A DNA stretch of 63,994 bases, filler included, from Folioceros fuciformis (taxonomy: Eukaryota), in the NCBI GenBank assembly GCA_049999805.1. It is 4 parts of 3 records of this genome, joined end to end, with 100 filler letters (N's around TTAATTAATTAA, not from the genome) between each part and the next. Parts side by side here need not be neighbours in the genome. Positions count along the whole stretch, not along the records: positions 1 to 31,318 come from JBNGIO010006223.1; 3 more parts are not named here. One strand, 5' to 3'. The position numbers and the translations under genes are program-made. Below the pieces are notes generated by a model that worked only from the letters and a program-made list of their open reading frames with translations, ran no database searches and was not told the DNA's origin. This document shows, piece after piece, positions 1 through 12,562 of the stretch; the first letter of the stretch is position 1, and every line of letters starts with the position of its first letter.

Positions 1-112
1 ACACGCGGGGGCGTCGGGTCCGTCTTCTTGTACCGCACTCGACCTTCAGACGGACTCTTCGCATACTCTGTTCGTGCCAGTGTGAAGGTTTGGTGGTGGT
101 GGTGCCCCAAGC

Positions 113-1855
113 ATGGCTGCTGTCGCGGCGCTGGGAGCGCAGTACGCCGGATGCTGCAGTACAGCAGCTGCGCCTCCACCGCAGCTGCACCTCCGGAGCG
201 CGCACCTGCAATCCGTTGCCCCGGCATCGTCCAAGCTCAGCGCCTGGCCGCAGCTGAAGTCGGGGCTGCTGGCAGCAGCCAGCCCGCTTCTGACGAGGAG
301 GCATGCTGGAGCTGGAACCCTAGGTCTCGATGAGGGCAGCATTAGCGGGAGCGGGAGCAGGAAGCGGAAGTTCGTGTCGGTGAGGGCCTCGTCGTCCTCT
401 GCCGCCGTGCCGGTTCCAGCTCCTAAGGCCTCCGAGCCATGGCAGGGGGCGGCGCTCAAGCCGCTGGCTGCGTCCATCATCACCGGCGTGCTGCTGTGGA
501 TCATCCCGCCTCCGGCCGGGGTGGCCAAGAACGCTTGGCAGTTGCTGGCCATCTTCCTGGCCACCATCGTGGGAATCATCACGCAGCCGCTGCCTCTGGG
601 GGCGGTAGCGCTCATGGGCCTGGGGGCCACCGTGCTCACTAAGACGCTCACATTCGGAGCCGCCTTCAGCGCCTTCGGAGATCCTATCCCCTGGCTCATC
701 GCTCTCGCTTTCTTCTTCGCGCGTGGCTTCATCAAGACGGGGTTGGGGAACCGGGTGGCGTACCAGTTTGTGTCGCTCTTCGGGAAGACCAGCTTGGGTT
801 TGGGGTACAGCCTGGTGTTCAGCGAGGCGCTGCTGGCGCCCGCCATCCCCTCCGTGTCTGCTAGGGCTGGCGGGATCTTCCTCCCGCTCGTCAAGTCGCT
901 CTGCATTGCATGCGGGAGCAAGGTGGGAGATGGCACGGAGAGGAAGCTCGGGGCTTGGCTCATGCTCACGTGCTTCCAGACTTCTGTTATATCGTCCGCT
1001 ATGTTCCTCACGGGTATGGCTGCCAATCCCCTCACTGTCAATTTGACGGAGTCAGCCATCGGGCAGACTATCGGGTGGACCGACTGGGCAGTGGCTGCCG
1101 TTGTACCGGGAGTGGTGTCTCTGCTTCTGGTGCCTCTGCTGCTGTATATCCTCTACCCTCCCACTATCAAGAGCAGTCCTGATGCACCCAGGCTTGCTCG
1201 GGAGAATCTGGCTAAGATGGGTCCCATGTCCAAGAACGAGATTATTATGGCGGGAACATTGTTGGGCACAGTAGGCCTGTGGGTGTTTGGAGGAGTGATC
1301 GGCGTGGATGCTGTCACGGCTGCTATATTGGGGCTGTCTGTGTTGCTTTCAACAGGTGTTGTCACATGGAAGGAGTGTCTCGGGGAGTCTGTAGCCTGGG
1401 ATACCCTCACCTGGTTCGCTGCTCTCATTGCCATGGCTGGTTATCTCAACAAGTACGGCCTCATCTCCTGGTTTTCCCAGTCCGTGGTAAAGATTGTTGG
1501 TGGCTTGGGCTTGCAATGGCAGGCTTCGTTCGGCATCCTCGTCCTGCTCTACTTCTACTCCCACTACTTCTTTGCCAGCGGGGCTGCTCACATTGGAGCC
1601 ATGTTCACGGCCTTTCTGTCTGTGGCCACGGCCCTCGGGACGCCTCCTCTCTTTGCGGCTTTGGTTTTGGCCTTCCTGTCCAACATTATGGGTGGGCTCA
1701 CACACTACGGTATCGGCTCTGCACCTGTCTTCTACGGAGCTAACTATGTTCCCCTCTCTACTTGGTGGGGTTACGGCTTCGTCATTAGCGTCTTCAACAT
1801 CATCGTTTGGCTTGGAGTTGGAGGGATCTGGTGGAAGATGTTGGGGTTGTGGTGA
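113..1855 (+). CDS. DiT1: Plastid 2-oxoglutarate/malate translocator (dicarboxylate transporter 1, DASS family), intronless
   Basis: 580-aa ORF with an Ala/Ser-rich transit-peptide-like N-terminus, then WQGAALKPL..., PSVSARAGGIFLP, AWDTLTWF, HYFFASGAAHIGAMF and THYGIGSAPVFYG motifs typical of DiT1. Confidence 0.95.
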   Translation: MAAVAALGAQYAGCCSTAAAPPPQLHLRSAHLQSVAPASSKLSAWPQLKSGLLAAASPLLTRRHAGAGTLGLDEGSISGSGSRKRKFVSVRASSSSAAVPVPAPKASEPWQGAALKPLAASIITGVLLWIIPPPAGVAKNAWQLLAIFLATIVGIITQPLPLGAVALMGLGATVLTKTLTFGAAFSAFGDPIPWLIALAFFFARGFIKTGLGNRVAYQFVSLFGKTSLGLGYSLVFSEALLAPAIPSVSARAGGIFLPLVKSLCIACGSKVGDGTERKLGAWLMLTCFQTSVISSAMFLTGMAANPLTVNLTESAIGQTIGWTDWAVAAVVPGVVSLLLVPLLLYILYPPTIKSSPDAPRLARENLAKMGPMSKNEIIMAGTLLGTVGLWVFGGVIGVDAVTAAILGLSVLLSTGVVTWKECLGESVAWDTLTWFAALIAMAGYLNKYGLISWFSQSVVKIVGGLGLQWQASFGILVLLYFYSHYFFASGAAHIGAMFTAFLSVATALGTPPLFAALVLAFLSNIMGGLTHYGIGSAPVFYGANYVPLSTWWGYGFVISVFNIIVWLGVGGIWWKMLGLW

Positions 1856-2711
1856 GGTGAGGAGAGCAAACATTTTTCATGAGGTGGGAGATGAGACTCC
1901 ACCAACAAACACTGGGGTCCCCGCAAGGAGCGACAACAAAAACGATCACAACAGATTGCTCAAAAGTCTCACCTGCCAGGTTTAGGAGAGAGATTGGGTT
2001 TGCATTCATCATCGCATTGAACAGCATTCTTTGCTCGCTGCCGGATTCCAGAGTTTTTTTCTCTTCATTGGGAGGAGGTGGTGGAAGCTATTAATTTAGA
2101 GTTGCATTCAAACGGTCTTATGTCCTTCGAGAGTCATGGATCTACCAGCATTTTGCTTTCAGCTGGGCTAGCGACCCGCACGAGTACTGTATTTGCACTG
2201 ACTGAAGTGCCTCCTTCTCCGAGAACATCTGGGGCGGGGTCTGGGTCATGACTCTTCTGTAGGTCGTGTTTTTTCTGCTCAGGCCGCAGGAGGCTCGTAA
2301 GATCTGAACACGCTGCACGATTTTGAAATCTGGCCCCTTTTGGCGTAACCAGGCATGAAATAACAAAGCTATTCAGTGTTGATGGTAGTCCTTGCCGACT
2401 TTCACGGTATAGTTGTGTAGCAGGACGTAATAAAGCTGCGAGTTCAACCTACGTCTTACGTCGAGCGAGGTGTGTCTTACACTCGACGAGACCGTCGCGC
2501 TGGGCCAAAAAGTTGATGGTTGGAAGACTCGCAAAAAGCTTATACTATCACAATTAGGTAGGAAATTCTGAATTCAAACATATTTTAGGTGAGGGATTTT
2601 ATCTAGGTCAGGTGGAGGTAATTAACGGCCGTGCTACACGTGGCAGAAAACGCTCTGATATGAACAAGGTAAGGGGACAGAATACCCATCTGTAGGCAAA
2701 AGATAACATCT

Positions 2712-2784
2712 CGCCGCCCGGGGGGCTCGAACCCCCGACCACAAGGTTAAGAGCCTTGCGCTCTACCGACTGAGCTAGGGCGGC
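2712..2784 (-). tRNA. tRNA-Lys (anticodon CTT)
   Basis: Reverse complement GCCGCCC-TA-GCTC AGTCGGTA GAGC-G-CAAGG CT CTT AA CCTTG-TGGTC-GGGGG TTCGAGC CCCCC-GGGCGGC-G folds as a full 73-nt cloverleaf. There is a TATA-like AT tract upstream and a TTTT Pol III terminator at 2701-2698. Confidence 0.96.
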
Positions 2785-2949
2785 AGATGCTAATTGTATC
2801 TTGAAATTTTATCTATAAAAAATTAAAAAACTAAGATCATGCGGGGTGATGCCGTCCACGCTCACAGCCTGGCATTTCAGTACCTGTTTGAGTCCAATGC
2901 AACCTGGGCCGAAACAAGTTCTGAAAGCACGGCGGCCAAGCTTTAGGCA

Positions 2950-3310
2950 TCGGCCCTTGGCCGTCAGCGTGGAGGACTGGTAGTACTCGAGATCGATGGA
3001 GCCGAGACGGCCGTGAAAAGTCTGCGTGGACACATGAGTGGCTTCCATGGGCACGAATCCTCCTCTTCCGCGTTCACATTCTGGTTCAGCAGGATGTTGG
3101 CGGACTTCACATTCCGGTGAACCATGGCCGGGTTGGCAGCGGGATGCTTGTACACCAGCGCCTCGGCCGTCTGGACGTCAATATCCAGGCGCTGCGTCCA
3201 GCGTAGTCATGATGAGCCTCGCTCTCCATAGAGATGCACCTACAGCGTGCCGTTGGACCCATACTCGGGCACCAGCAGAGCGATCTTGTTCTCCAGGCAA
3301 GAGCCCGGGA
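2950..3310 (-). pseudogene. Decayed receptor-like Ser/Thr kinase fragment
   Basis: Minus-strand pieces in different frames: GSCLENKIALLVPEYGSNGTL*VHLYGE, VHRNVKSANILL and ATHVSTQTFHGRLGSIDLEYYQSSTLTAK. These correspond to RLK subdomains IV-IX and carry a stop and frameshifts. Confidence 0.8.
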
Positions 3311-4240
3311 GGCGCATGCGCAACAAGTGCCGATGCTTCATCTGTGACTGCCAGGATCTTCTTTGCGTTCAGACACTGGGGTTAGTCGCGCAAAGACCCG
3401 TCTCGTAAGCTTCTCTTGACGGTGGCACTCTGGTGGATTGCATCTAGTTTAGCATGATCAAGACGCCATGCTCACAAACATATTTGGTGTTAATTTTCAG
3501 AAGGTGTACACAACGTGTGTCTCCGGGAGATGGGTCGGTAGGAGGGGTACCGGTTGAGGCACGTTGCCAGCTTTGCAGGAACATGGATGGACGAAATCCT
3601 CGGACAAGCTACTGCTGCAGCTCGATAGTGCATGGATCAGCTTTGTTTTCATCCCAACTGCCCAAGTTTGCCCCTGCTCCATCGCTCACAATCTGTCTCT
3701 TGAAAAAAAGCAGTCTCTGACCATTTTAAGTCAAGCCTTCCACAGCTTGGAGCAGGAGTGTTACAAACATTACGACGGCGGAGCGATGCAGCAGGTATGA
3801 AGACGTGAGCATCTTTCTGCCACAACTTCATGTCTTCATTCTAATTGAGCCACGAACCTCGGCCGTGGTCCCATCTTTCGCTCGGATTCACAAAGTTCAT
3901 CGGACTGCATTCTGGGGATTGCTTCCAGCTTCCGAGTCACCAAAACTCGGGCCCCAAAAATTGGTTCACCAGCTAACGTCTACATGGCTCCCAGACTATG
4001 AACTGTGCAGAACACGGATTAGCTCCTTCGAATATCGTCAGCTTTTAATACCACAAGACCCCTTGGGCCACAGACTTGTAGTAGACACACTTTGTGCTAT
4101 GTGCCATGTGCGACTGTGCACAAAGAATAATAGTAGATACAGGAGATTAATTACATTTCCGTCGGACTAGATTACTTGCCTGACACGTCCTCTGCTGTAC
4201 ATACATTCCTTGTCCTCTATCTCGCTTACAGCTTACAAAG

Positions 4241-7083
4241 TCACATCAAATTGAGTGTACGAGTTAGAAACTCGGAGGCGACAACCAGGCCAGCCACTCC
4301 GATAAAGAAGGTCAGAGTCACCCTTCCACCAGGAACCAAAGGTCGGACGACAGCAGGAAAACTGATATCGTAACCTGGGTACCGTTGCGACCATGCCATG
4401 GCTGCCGGTATTATTCCGAACAACGTCATCACTGCAGAACAAGGACTGGCCTGATCACAAGACAAAAACGAGCACAGGTAGTGCGGATCACCAGGCAGAC
4501 TGGACCTACCTCCATAGGTGCCTGCGACATCAAGAGCTGTGAAAAAAATGTCACGAGATGTGAATGCCAGCACCAATGGTGGTAACACAGTTAACAAGTA
4601 TGAGAGAGGTTCCTTCCCCCTGCCGACAGGACGCTTCAGCACTGCAGACCCACAGCAGCAAGCAAACGTCAGTGAAAAAGTCTTTTTGACTGAATTCCAG
4701 GGATACAATTGAAACTGCGGATTCAACATCGCTACTCACAGTCACAAAGGAAGTCTGATAACCCTAGAGTAAAACCGATGTAAGAGGTGGCCACGGCCAG
4801 CAGTGAGAAAACCTCCACGACTGGCTGGAAACAGCACGACGTACAATACTCAATGTACAGCTGAGCGTAACAACATGATGATTGATAGAGAGCTGAAAGC
4901 ACGTGAAAAACACTTACCCCTACAATCCCACTCATTTCACGAAGCCTGGCTAATGGATCTATGTGGCTGATATCTCCTGTTAGGCTGCCTAAAATGACTG
5001 CATCCCAGATAAGGAACATGACCAGTGGAATAGAGGTACCTAGAACTATCGCGCTCCTGCAGAGCAGTCAGAGAGTCAGAAGCTTTGATCACTGGCACCA
5101 TCACAGACCTAGTTAGTCGCTGACACCAGCCTCAATAGGGAAAAACCACAACTTTGCCCACCTTACTCTAGGAAGACTCCCTTCCAAGTTAGTGCAGACT
5201 ACAGGTACAACGTTCTGCAAGGTAAAAACTAACGTGTTAGCACTGAGCCCACGTATCCACCATCTATTGAGTTCATTGTGTCTTACTTGATAGACAAAGG
5301 ATAACGCAATGATCGGCACACTGTGAGGAACAGCCTCGAAGTTGGCTCGCAGCAAACGTGTGAAGTCAATGCCTCCACTGGCAACAGCCTGTTGAACCAG
5401 ATTTGCCAACGGTCAGTTTGTTTGACAAGAAGCTGCGCCGAGCGTCTTTGAACACCGTCACCAAGGGGAGGGGCAACACAATCCTGAAAGACAAGTCTAA
5501 AAGACACATGGCACTCACCACTAGTATACCAAAACTGGCAAGGATACCGACAACTAGAGCTCCATTGATCACCCCAATCACACGTTCGCTGGTGGAACCC
5601 AAGTCAGAGATGACTGACGATTGCTCGGACACAAAGTTATACAAATCTCACGTGCTCACCTTCCAAAATAACACAGGCAGCCCAGAGCTCCAGAAAAAAT
5701 GACTCCGCTGAGCCACCTTCAAACATGCATACGCACAACAGTCAGTCGACATAGTTACATTTCGCATAAGGGTATGGTTTCAGGCAACGGTAAGAATCGA
5801 AAGCCTGCAAATGTCACGTAACACACAATGGAGAGCCTATGGTAGTAGAGATGATGTCAGCTGAGCGCGCCACATACGCCACCAGCAAGGCATAATGGAT
5901 GAGGAGATATGCAGCACTGCCAAATAATCAACGTCCAGTAAATACTCCGTTCAAAGCTTCTTGCTTGAACCTGCCATAAACAACCTGCTCATGACAAAAA
6001 ATCCAGAGCCAAAGCGCAAAGCTCCATGCGGATGCCCATGATGCCATATCCCAGACACTTGGAGGTTCCACAAGGTTGGATCCCTCGAAGCAAGATTCGA
6101 TTTCTACCTGACAAACCTAACTCCATTAACTCCCAGAGTACGATTTGCCATGGTGACCTGCAAACAGAGGAAGAAGTGAGCATCGGCAGAAGAGTAGCGT
6201 CTCGTTAAGGGATTTTAAGCTTCCCAGCGCTTATAGTTCAGAATGCTTGCATACGCAAACCGTAAGAGCACGGAGAGAATCATCCAGATGTACGAGCACA
6301 TACCATGGAGACCCCTTCAGATCCTAACTCAAGAAGAGTATTAACATTGACCTCCGCAATGAGGAGTCCCGATCCGACCTGTAGCAAGCCAAGCGACGGA
6401 GGTGACCCAGATGTGAGCAATTGTTGTGTGTAGTACTGAGGAAGGCAACAAACTTCTAAGGAATATTTACCATGTACATCCAACACAGTGCACAAGTGGC
6501 AGCAGATGCCAAGAATCCTGCTTCTTCAGTCACAGCCGGAATGGCAAGTATGCCTGCTCCAACCTGCAGGAGCTCCAACTCATCAGCGGTGGTGCAGTGC
6601 TGGCATGACAGAAACCTAAATCCTAGGAACCAACACAACTAGAGAGGTATGCGCAGAGCAGATACCGTGGTGCCGGCTACCAGTAGAACGGAAGACGTAA
6701 GGTTCCCTGCAGCACAGACAACGAATTCCTTGAGCTGCAGCCAGAATGCAAATAATTGGATGACAGTTAATGGCGAGGATAGCCGTACCAGGCTGGTGCT
6801 CCATCGTGGCCTTATTCACGGCGGAGAAGAGTCGCTGTTCCACCTCCTTCTCCGCCATTTGGACGACGGGAGCCGACGTTTCCGAGGAATCAGGACCAGC
6901 AGAGTTGCGGGAGGCGCGCATGACACGCTTGCTGGTTGCGTGCAGCGAGATGGAGCTAGGGTAGCGGAGGCAGGCATCCCGAGCATATAAAGTCGATGGG
7001 AGGGGCAAACGCAACGGCATCGAGAAATTCATCCGAGACCAGCAGGTGCAGCAGGCCAGCGAGGAGGGCGCCATTCCGATCAT
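4241..7083 (-). CDS. Tyrosine/aromatic amino acid permease (Trp_Tyr_perm family), multi-exon, probably plastid-targeted
   Basis: Exon peptides VGAGILAIPAVTEEAGF, SGLLIAEVNVNT, VPIIALSFVYQ/NVVPVVCTNLEG, LAVATSYIGF and ALDVAGTYG...LFGIIPAAMAWSQRY, with GT-AG boundaries. Start ATG is at 7083 or 7074. Confidence 0.88.
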
Positions 7084-7333
7084 TCAGCGGCCCTCGGCGC
7101 TGAATTGGGGCAGTATCGTGCAGTCCGGGCCAGTCCGCACGCCGTGAAACATAGTCAGTTAAACCTGTACATACCTGGCAAAGATGTTTGTGGGGGGCCC
7201 CACTGCTTAGAGCAAGGTCGGACGTCGGTCGGCCTGGCTGTGTTAGCTGGCTCCGGAGAGTCGCGATTCTGTAGGCCTGGCCGCTTGGCGCGCGCTTCCC
7301 CGCCAGCCTGCCTCCCTCGGTCTGTGCCCTGCT

Positions 7334-8809
7334 ATGGTCTCCTCGGCCGAACTGCATTGCGCAATGCGGGTGGTACAAGATGCAGGGGACTGTCCCCTGG
7401 AGCAGGGAGCTGGGCTTGAGGTGGAGAAGGAGCAGCAGAAGCATGAGCAGCTGCAGCTGCAGCAGCAGCAGCTGAGGAGCATCACCAGCGCGGAACTCGC
7501 CGAGCATTCCACCTCGCAGGATTTGTGGGTTTCGATACAGGGTAAGGTGTACGACGTGACGGAGTGGGTGGCGAAGCACCCCGGCGGCGACTACCCTCTG
7601 CTCACGTTGGCAGGCCAGGATGTGACCGACGCATTCCTGGCTTTCCATCCCGGGACGGCTTGGAGCTACTTGCCTCAGTTTCTGGTGGGCACGCTGGTGG
7701 ATTACCGGGTGTCTCCGATCGCAGCCGAGCATCGGATGCTGGTAGGAAAGCTGAAGAGCTCCCCGCTTTTCAAAAATCCGTTACACGTCTACCGTCGGTA
7801 TGCGGCGGTCATGCTCTGCATGTTTGTGTTGGGGGTGCTGGGAGTAGTGTATTCCACCAGTGTGTGGGTGCACCTGGGCAGTGCAGTTTTGCTCGGCCTG
7901 GTGTGGCATCAGAGTGGGTTTATAGGGCATGATGCTGGGCATTGTGGAATGGTGGGGCACCCTGTGGTGGACAAGGCTGTGGGGCTTCTTGTGGGGAACA
8001 TCTTGACAGGGATCAGTATGGCATGGTGGACGCGCAACCATAATGCGCACCACTTCGCGTGCAACAGCATCGAGTATGATCCGGATTTGCAGTACATGCC
8101 CATCTTCACCCTCACTCCCAAGCTCTTCAACTCCCTCTTCTCCTACTTCTATGACAGAAGGATGATGTTTGACGGTGCCACTCGCTTGCTTGTTCGGTAC
8201 CAGCATTGGGCATTTTACCCTGTCATGGCGGTGGCACGTGTCAACCTGCACGCACAGACCTTCTTGCTCCTCCTGTCCAAGAGAAGGATCCCCAACAGGC
8301 TGCTGGAGCTTGTTTGCGTGGGGATCTTCTGGCTCTGGTTTCTCTCCCTTCTGTGCTGCCTGCCGTCCAGGGCTGAGCGCCTTGCTTTCGTTCTGGTCAG
8401 CTATGCTACCACAGGCCTTCAACACGTGCAGTTCTGTGTCAACCACTTTTCGTGCCCAATCTACCAGGCCCGTCCTGACAGCGCAACTTGGTTTGAAGCT
8501 CAGGTCAAAGGTACCCTGAACCTCATCACTCCTCCGTGGATGGACTGGTTCTATGGTGGCTTGCAGTTCCAGATAGAGCATCACCTATTCCCGAAGTTCC
8601 CTCGTCACAATCTTCGCCAGATCCACGGCATTATTAAGCCCCTTTGCGACAAGTATGGGTTGCCCTACAAGTCTGTGACATGGTGGGAGGCAAACAAGAT
8701 GATCATTAGGACTTTAAAGGCTGCAGCTATTGAGGCATCGGATCTTCAGAAGCCGTCTCCAGCTCTGTCCAAAACCCCTTTGTGGGAAGCACTCAATGCA
8801 CATGGTTAA
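7334..8809 (+). CDS. SLD: Cytochrome b5-fused front-end desaturase, delta-8 sphingolipid desaturase type, intronless
   Basis: HPGG cytb5 motif, His boxes HDAGH, HNAHH and QIEHH, and a C-terminal LWEALNAHG typical of plant SLD. Confidence 0.88.
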   Translation: MVSSAELHCAMRVVQDAGDCPLEQGAGLEVEKEQQKHEQLQLQQQQLRSITSAELAEHSTSQDLWVSIQGKVYDVTEWVAKHPGGDYPLLTLAGQDVTDAFLAFHPGTAWSYLPQFLVGTLVDYRVSPIAAEHRMLVGKLKSSPLFKNPLHVYRRYAAVMLCMFVLGVLGVVYSTSVWVHLGSAVLLGLVWHQSGFIGHDAGHCGMVGHPVVDKAVGLLVGNILTGISMAWWTRNHNAHHFACNSIEYDPDLQYMPIFTLTPKLFNSLFSYFYDRRMMFDGATRLLVRYQHWAFYPVMAVARVNLHAQTFLLLLSKRRIPNRLLELVCVGIFWLWFLSLLCCLPSRAERLAFVLVSYATTGLQHVQFCVNHFSCPIYQARPDSATWFEAQVKGTLNLITPPWMDWFYGGLQFQIEHHLFPKFPRHNLRQIHGIIKPLCDKYGLPYKSVTWWEANKMIIRTLKAAAIEASDLQKPSPALSKTPLWEALNAHG

Positions 8810-9169
8810 CTGCTGTAAGGTCCTGTCACATTTGCTGCGGCCCCGTTTCTGGTTTGGAAGTGAAGGATAGAATGCTGAACCAACCTGCCACATCCGCATC
8901 AATTCCTTTCTCTTCCAGCTGTCTGAGAGAGGATCCTTTCGTAGGCAGCCCTTCGTTATCAGGACAAATTGTTGTGCCCTCCTGGTTCCTTTCAGTAGTG
9001 AGCAGCAAGGTCTGAGGGCAGTAGATAGGTGGAAGAGATGGATCCAACAGTGTTTGGACTGTGTACTCTAGATTACTTTTTTCCAACTGGCTTCGCTTTG
9101 TACGATCTCAAAGCCATGGAAGGCCCGAAGACCGCACCACATCAAGGTCTTGCACCAATCAATGACGGC

Positions 9170-9520
9170 AGCAAGGAAGGGAACGGCTGATTCATGGCCA
9201 TAAGTACTGCAGAAACGCATCGTCAGACTCTCGAACCTAGCGGGAGCGAAAGAAGCTCAAAAGTATAAGCCCTACGTCCATTTTGTGTGCGCATCACAAA
9301 ACGAGTCACGCAAGGGATCAGGCACCTGGATAGCCTCTTTTGAAGCCTCGTAAGTTAGAAACGAGGATGCCTCGAGTGGGGATGCTTGCCAACTTCAGCC
9401 GCTCAGTCCCTCAAAATGCTCTCCATGCCCTCTAAACCTGGGGTTGAGCACTCTACAGGCTATGCAACGTTCAATCTAAGTGCAATCTAGCGGTGCAAGA
9501 GTTAACATCAAATTCTAACT
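9170..9520 (-). pseudogene. Degenerate tandem duplicate of internal TraB exons and introns
   Basis: Colinear with 10200-10555, introns included. Exon LQRAWRAVSWVERLRLA... is V*RAWRAF*GTERLKLA... in the copy. Confidence 0.8.
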
Positions 9521-9817
9521 AAACAAAATATGGGCATATTTATGCCTCGGTGCATGCCGTGAAACATGGGGCTCATTGGACAATCCGTGGAACTTTTTCA
9601 TTAGTGCACTCCCACGGTAGGAGTACCTCAAAGAGATTTGGTGCGTATCTTATTCCTGCAACTGGATGAAACAAATTATCACCAACCACATGAGTAAAAT
9701 TCATGTATGAGAGAGTAAAATTCATGTATGAGAGAGTTAATTTGACAAACACTTCCAGGGAATGGAACAAATTATATCTTCAGATTAGACGTGGCCCTTC
9801 TTCGGAGGCCCAGACCA

Positions 9818-11712
9818 TTAGCTCCTACCACTTGTACAGTATTCATAAGCAAACCATAAGACAGCACCAAGGCTGGTCTCCACTACCAAATTCTTGAAGA
9901 ATTGCGCAACCTTCTCATTACCATCTTTCGTTGCTCGCACACCTACGAGATCCTGAAATCGGAGTTGATCTTGGTTGCATTTCAATGCATATACAACACC
10001 TCGCAGGTGACCCCGCCCCATCACACCAACGACTTTCGAGCATCCATTGACAGCCTTGCTTCGCTTCAATGACCACGCCAGATACTGCCGACAACACAAA
10101 CCATGAGCAACCAGTCTACTATCATCTCTCTTGTGCACTATCACAACTAAGGCAAAAGCACGGAGACAGTACCACATCCCGCTCGTACACCAGTGGTGGC
10201 AACAAGGAAGGGAACTGCTGACTCATGGCCGTAAACATTGCAGAAACTGCGTCATCAGACTTCAAAGCCTAACGAGAACAAAAGGAGTTCAAAAGTATTA
10301 GCTCGAATGTTCATAAGTTGTTGACATCGCAAGAAGAATACGACAATCGTATCCAGCACCTTGATAGCCTCTTCTAAAACCTCAAATTTCGAAACGAAGA
10401 TCCCCCGAGTAAGCGTGGTTGCCAACCTCAGCCGCTCAACCCATGAAACTGCTCTCCATGCCCTTTGAAGCTAAGGTGAAGCATTCAACAGGCTATGCAA
10501 CATTGAATATCAGTGAAATCGAGCGTTGGAAGAGTTAACTTCACATTCTAAATACTTAAGGGGCGAGTTCTGGTTGTTACAGTAATCTCGATGGGCCTGT
10601 CACCGAGCACAATCTGGGCGCCGATGTCCTCTGCAGCCTTGCGAGCTGCACGAAACTGAACAAAACGGGTAGTAGGTGTCAGGATGTTCCTGGCATCGGA
10701 GTCTTCACGACAAAGGGCTTCGGGAAAATAAGACAATAAAGCCTGACAGGAGCTTTGCCCTTCTTCTCCCTACTTCCTCTCGCTCTCCTTCAGTTCCCTC
10801 TTCATTCCCTCTCCGACAAGGAGTTGACAGCAGGAAATCAGTGAGCTGGGATCCATGTTACCTCGGCCCCAGTAGCTATACCAGCAGAATCCGATATTTT
10901 CTTAGAAGCGGCTCCCAACAGCAACCTGAGAGCCATGGCTGACCTACCTCCTGCAGAATGAGATAAAAATTGAAGGTAAGACCTCAAAATTGAAGCGCCC
11001 TGACTACGTAAGAGTAGGAAAGTGCAGCACTGAGCACAATCTTCCATAAGATGTGACATGAGGTGTGCACCCAGCTGCAGACTCCTTGCCATCGCTGAGC
11101 CAAAGCTTTCTCCACCCAGTCCCAAAAGATTGGAAGGTTTCTGCGTGGATGCACCCTGCACGGTGCTTGCAACCTCGTCCTCGTACATGATACCTGCCCT
11201 GCAGATGGGCAAGGACTAGTGAACCTGAATCGAGCTTTGAAGCATCACCCACGAACTTGAGCACTTGCTTGCCTGCTTCTGCATAGCTCGACAACAACAT
11301 TTTCGGGGCGTACGGCTTGCAAAACTCGATAGACGTCCTGGGCGGAAAGGTTGGACATGTGGGCGGTGCCAACCACAAAAACCACCTCCGGCTCTCTGTA
11401 CCCATCCTGTCTACGCTCAACATAGTCTGGCGACCTCTTCACGGCAATCAGCGTGCCCTCCTCCACCAGGTCCATGAGCTGCGGGTAGCATTCCTGCACC
11501 AAGACCCGAGTTTCCAGCTCCACCTCATCCCGGAACCTGAAGTCCGCGGGCGGAGGCTCCACCTGCACCGCCACTTTCTCAGAATTGCAGCGTGTAGAGA
11601 AGCTGAAGGCTGCCCTGCCGGGAAGCAGCGTGGGACACCAGACTCCTCCTCCCCGAAATCCACCACCACGCCGTAGGGTAGTCGAGGAAGGCAGAAGTGC
11701 CATTCCTGCCAT
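9818..11712 (-). CDS. TraB-domain protein, multi-exon
   Basis: VFVVGTAHMS, RPENVVVELCRSR, FRAARKAAEDIGAQIVLGDRPIEIT and YLAWSLKRSKAVNG..VVGVMGRGHL are TraB family motifs. The start could extend to the ATG at 11784. Confidence 0.88.
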
Positions 11713-12562
11713 CTTCGCAAGGATCGGAGGCTTGTGCTGGAGCAGACAGCAGCTTTCAAATCTCAACTGCGTGTGCCGCACCATCTTCCCTGCTGTTCGA
11801 AATGGTTACTTGGCCAAGTTCACTCCATTCATTAAGGCCCGCCGATGAGATGAACCACAGGCAGAGTTTCTAACATGCAGCCGCAAAGGAGATACGTTTT
11901 GTGTGTCAAGCAATTGAGAGTTGCAAGTGTTGGGGTAATGGACTGGCAGGACCATGAGGCACCTGAATCTTCCCCATTTGGGTTCCCCTATCACAGTCAC
12001 GGCAACAAGAGAAGTTACATGAACTAAGCATGGAGGTGAAGCTTTTTGCAAATGCTGCCTCCGCTTCCGAAGTCATTCGGAAGCTACATACAACAATGCC
12101 CTTTCAGAGGCTCTCATCGAGCCCCAGTTTAGTCAAGGTGAAACACTTGAAGGGTGCCGTTGTTACCTCTAGTCCCAACACTGTCGTGGAGTTTTTTACA
12201 CACCGAATTTGTAAAGCCTCCATTTAGGAATTAGCAATAGGTACACACGTACTGGACGAGCATAGACGGCAACAGTCTGGATTCTTTCGCAGGCAGGTAG
12301 TAGAAATTGGCAACAGATGATTACGTGTACGTACATGGAAACGAATTAGAAGCAAGGAACGAGCTTTGGATCACACGGGCCGGATGCCAAGCTGGTCATC
12401 GCTCTGGCCGCTGCCGGAGGTGAAAGGGTGTGGTGCGTGAAAGATCAGTAGCACCGTTCCCCTACAGACGTCAATTTCAGTGAGTTAGGAGCACCCAAAT
12501 GCAGTGGCAGGACGATTTTAGGGCCTTAAACCCTACCTGAGGTTTTGCGAGGACCAGGAGAG

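Noticed and set aside
46-1059. 337-aa antisense ORF over DiT1, and similar antisense ORFs over SLD, APP1 and ISU1
   Set aside because: Shadow ORFs from GC-rich codon usage on the opposite strand, with no recognisable motifs
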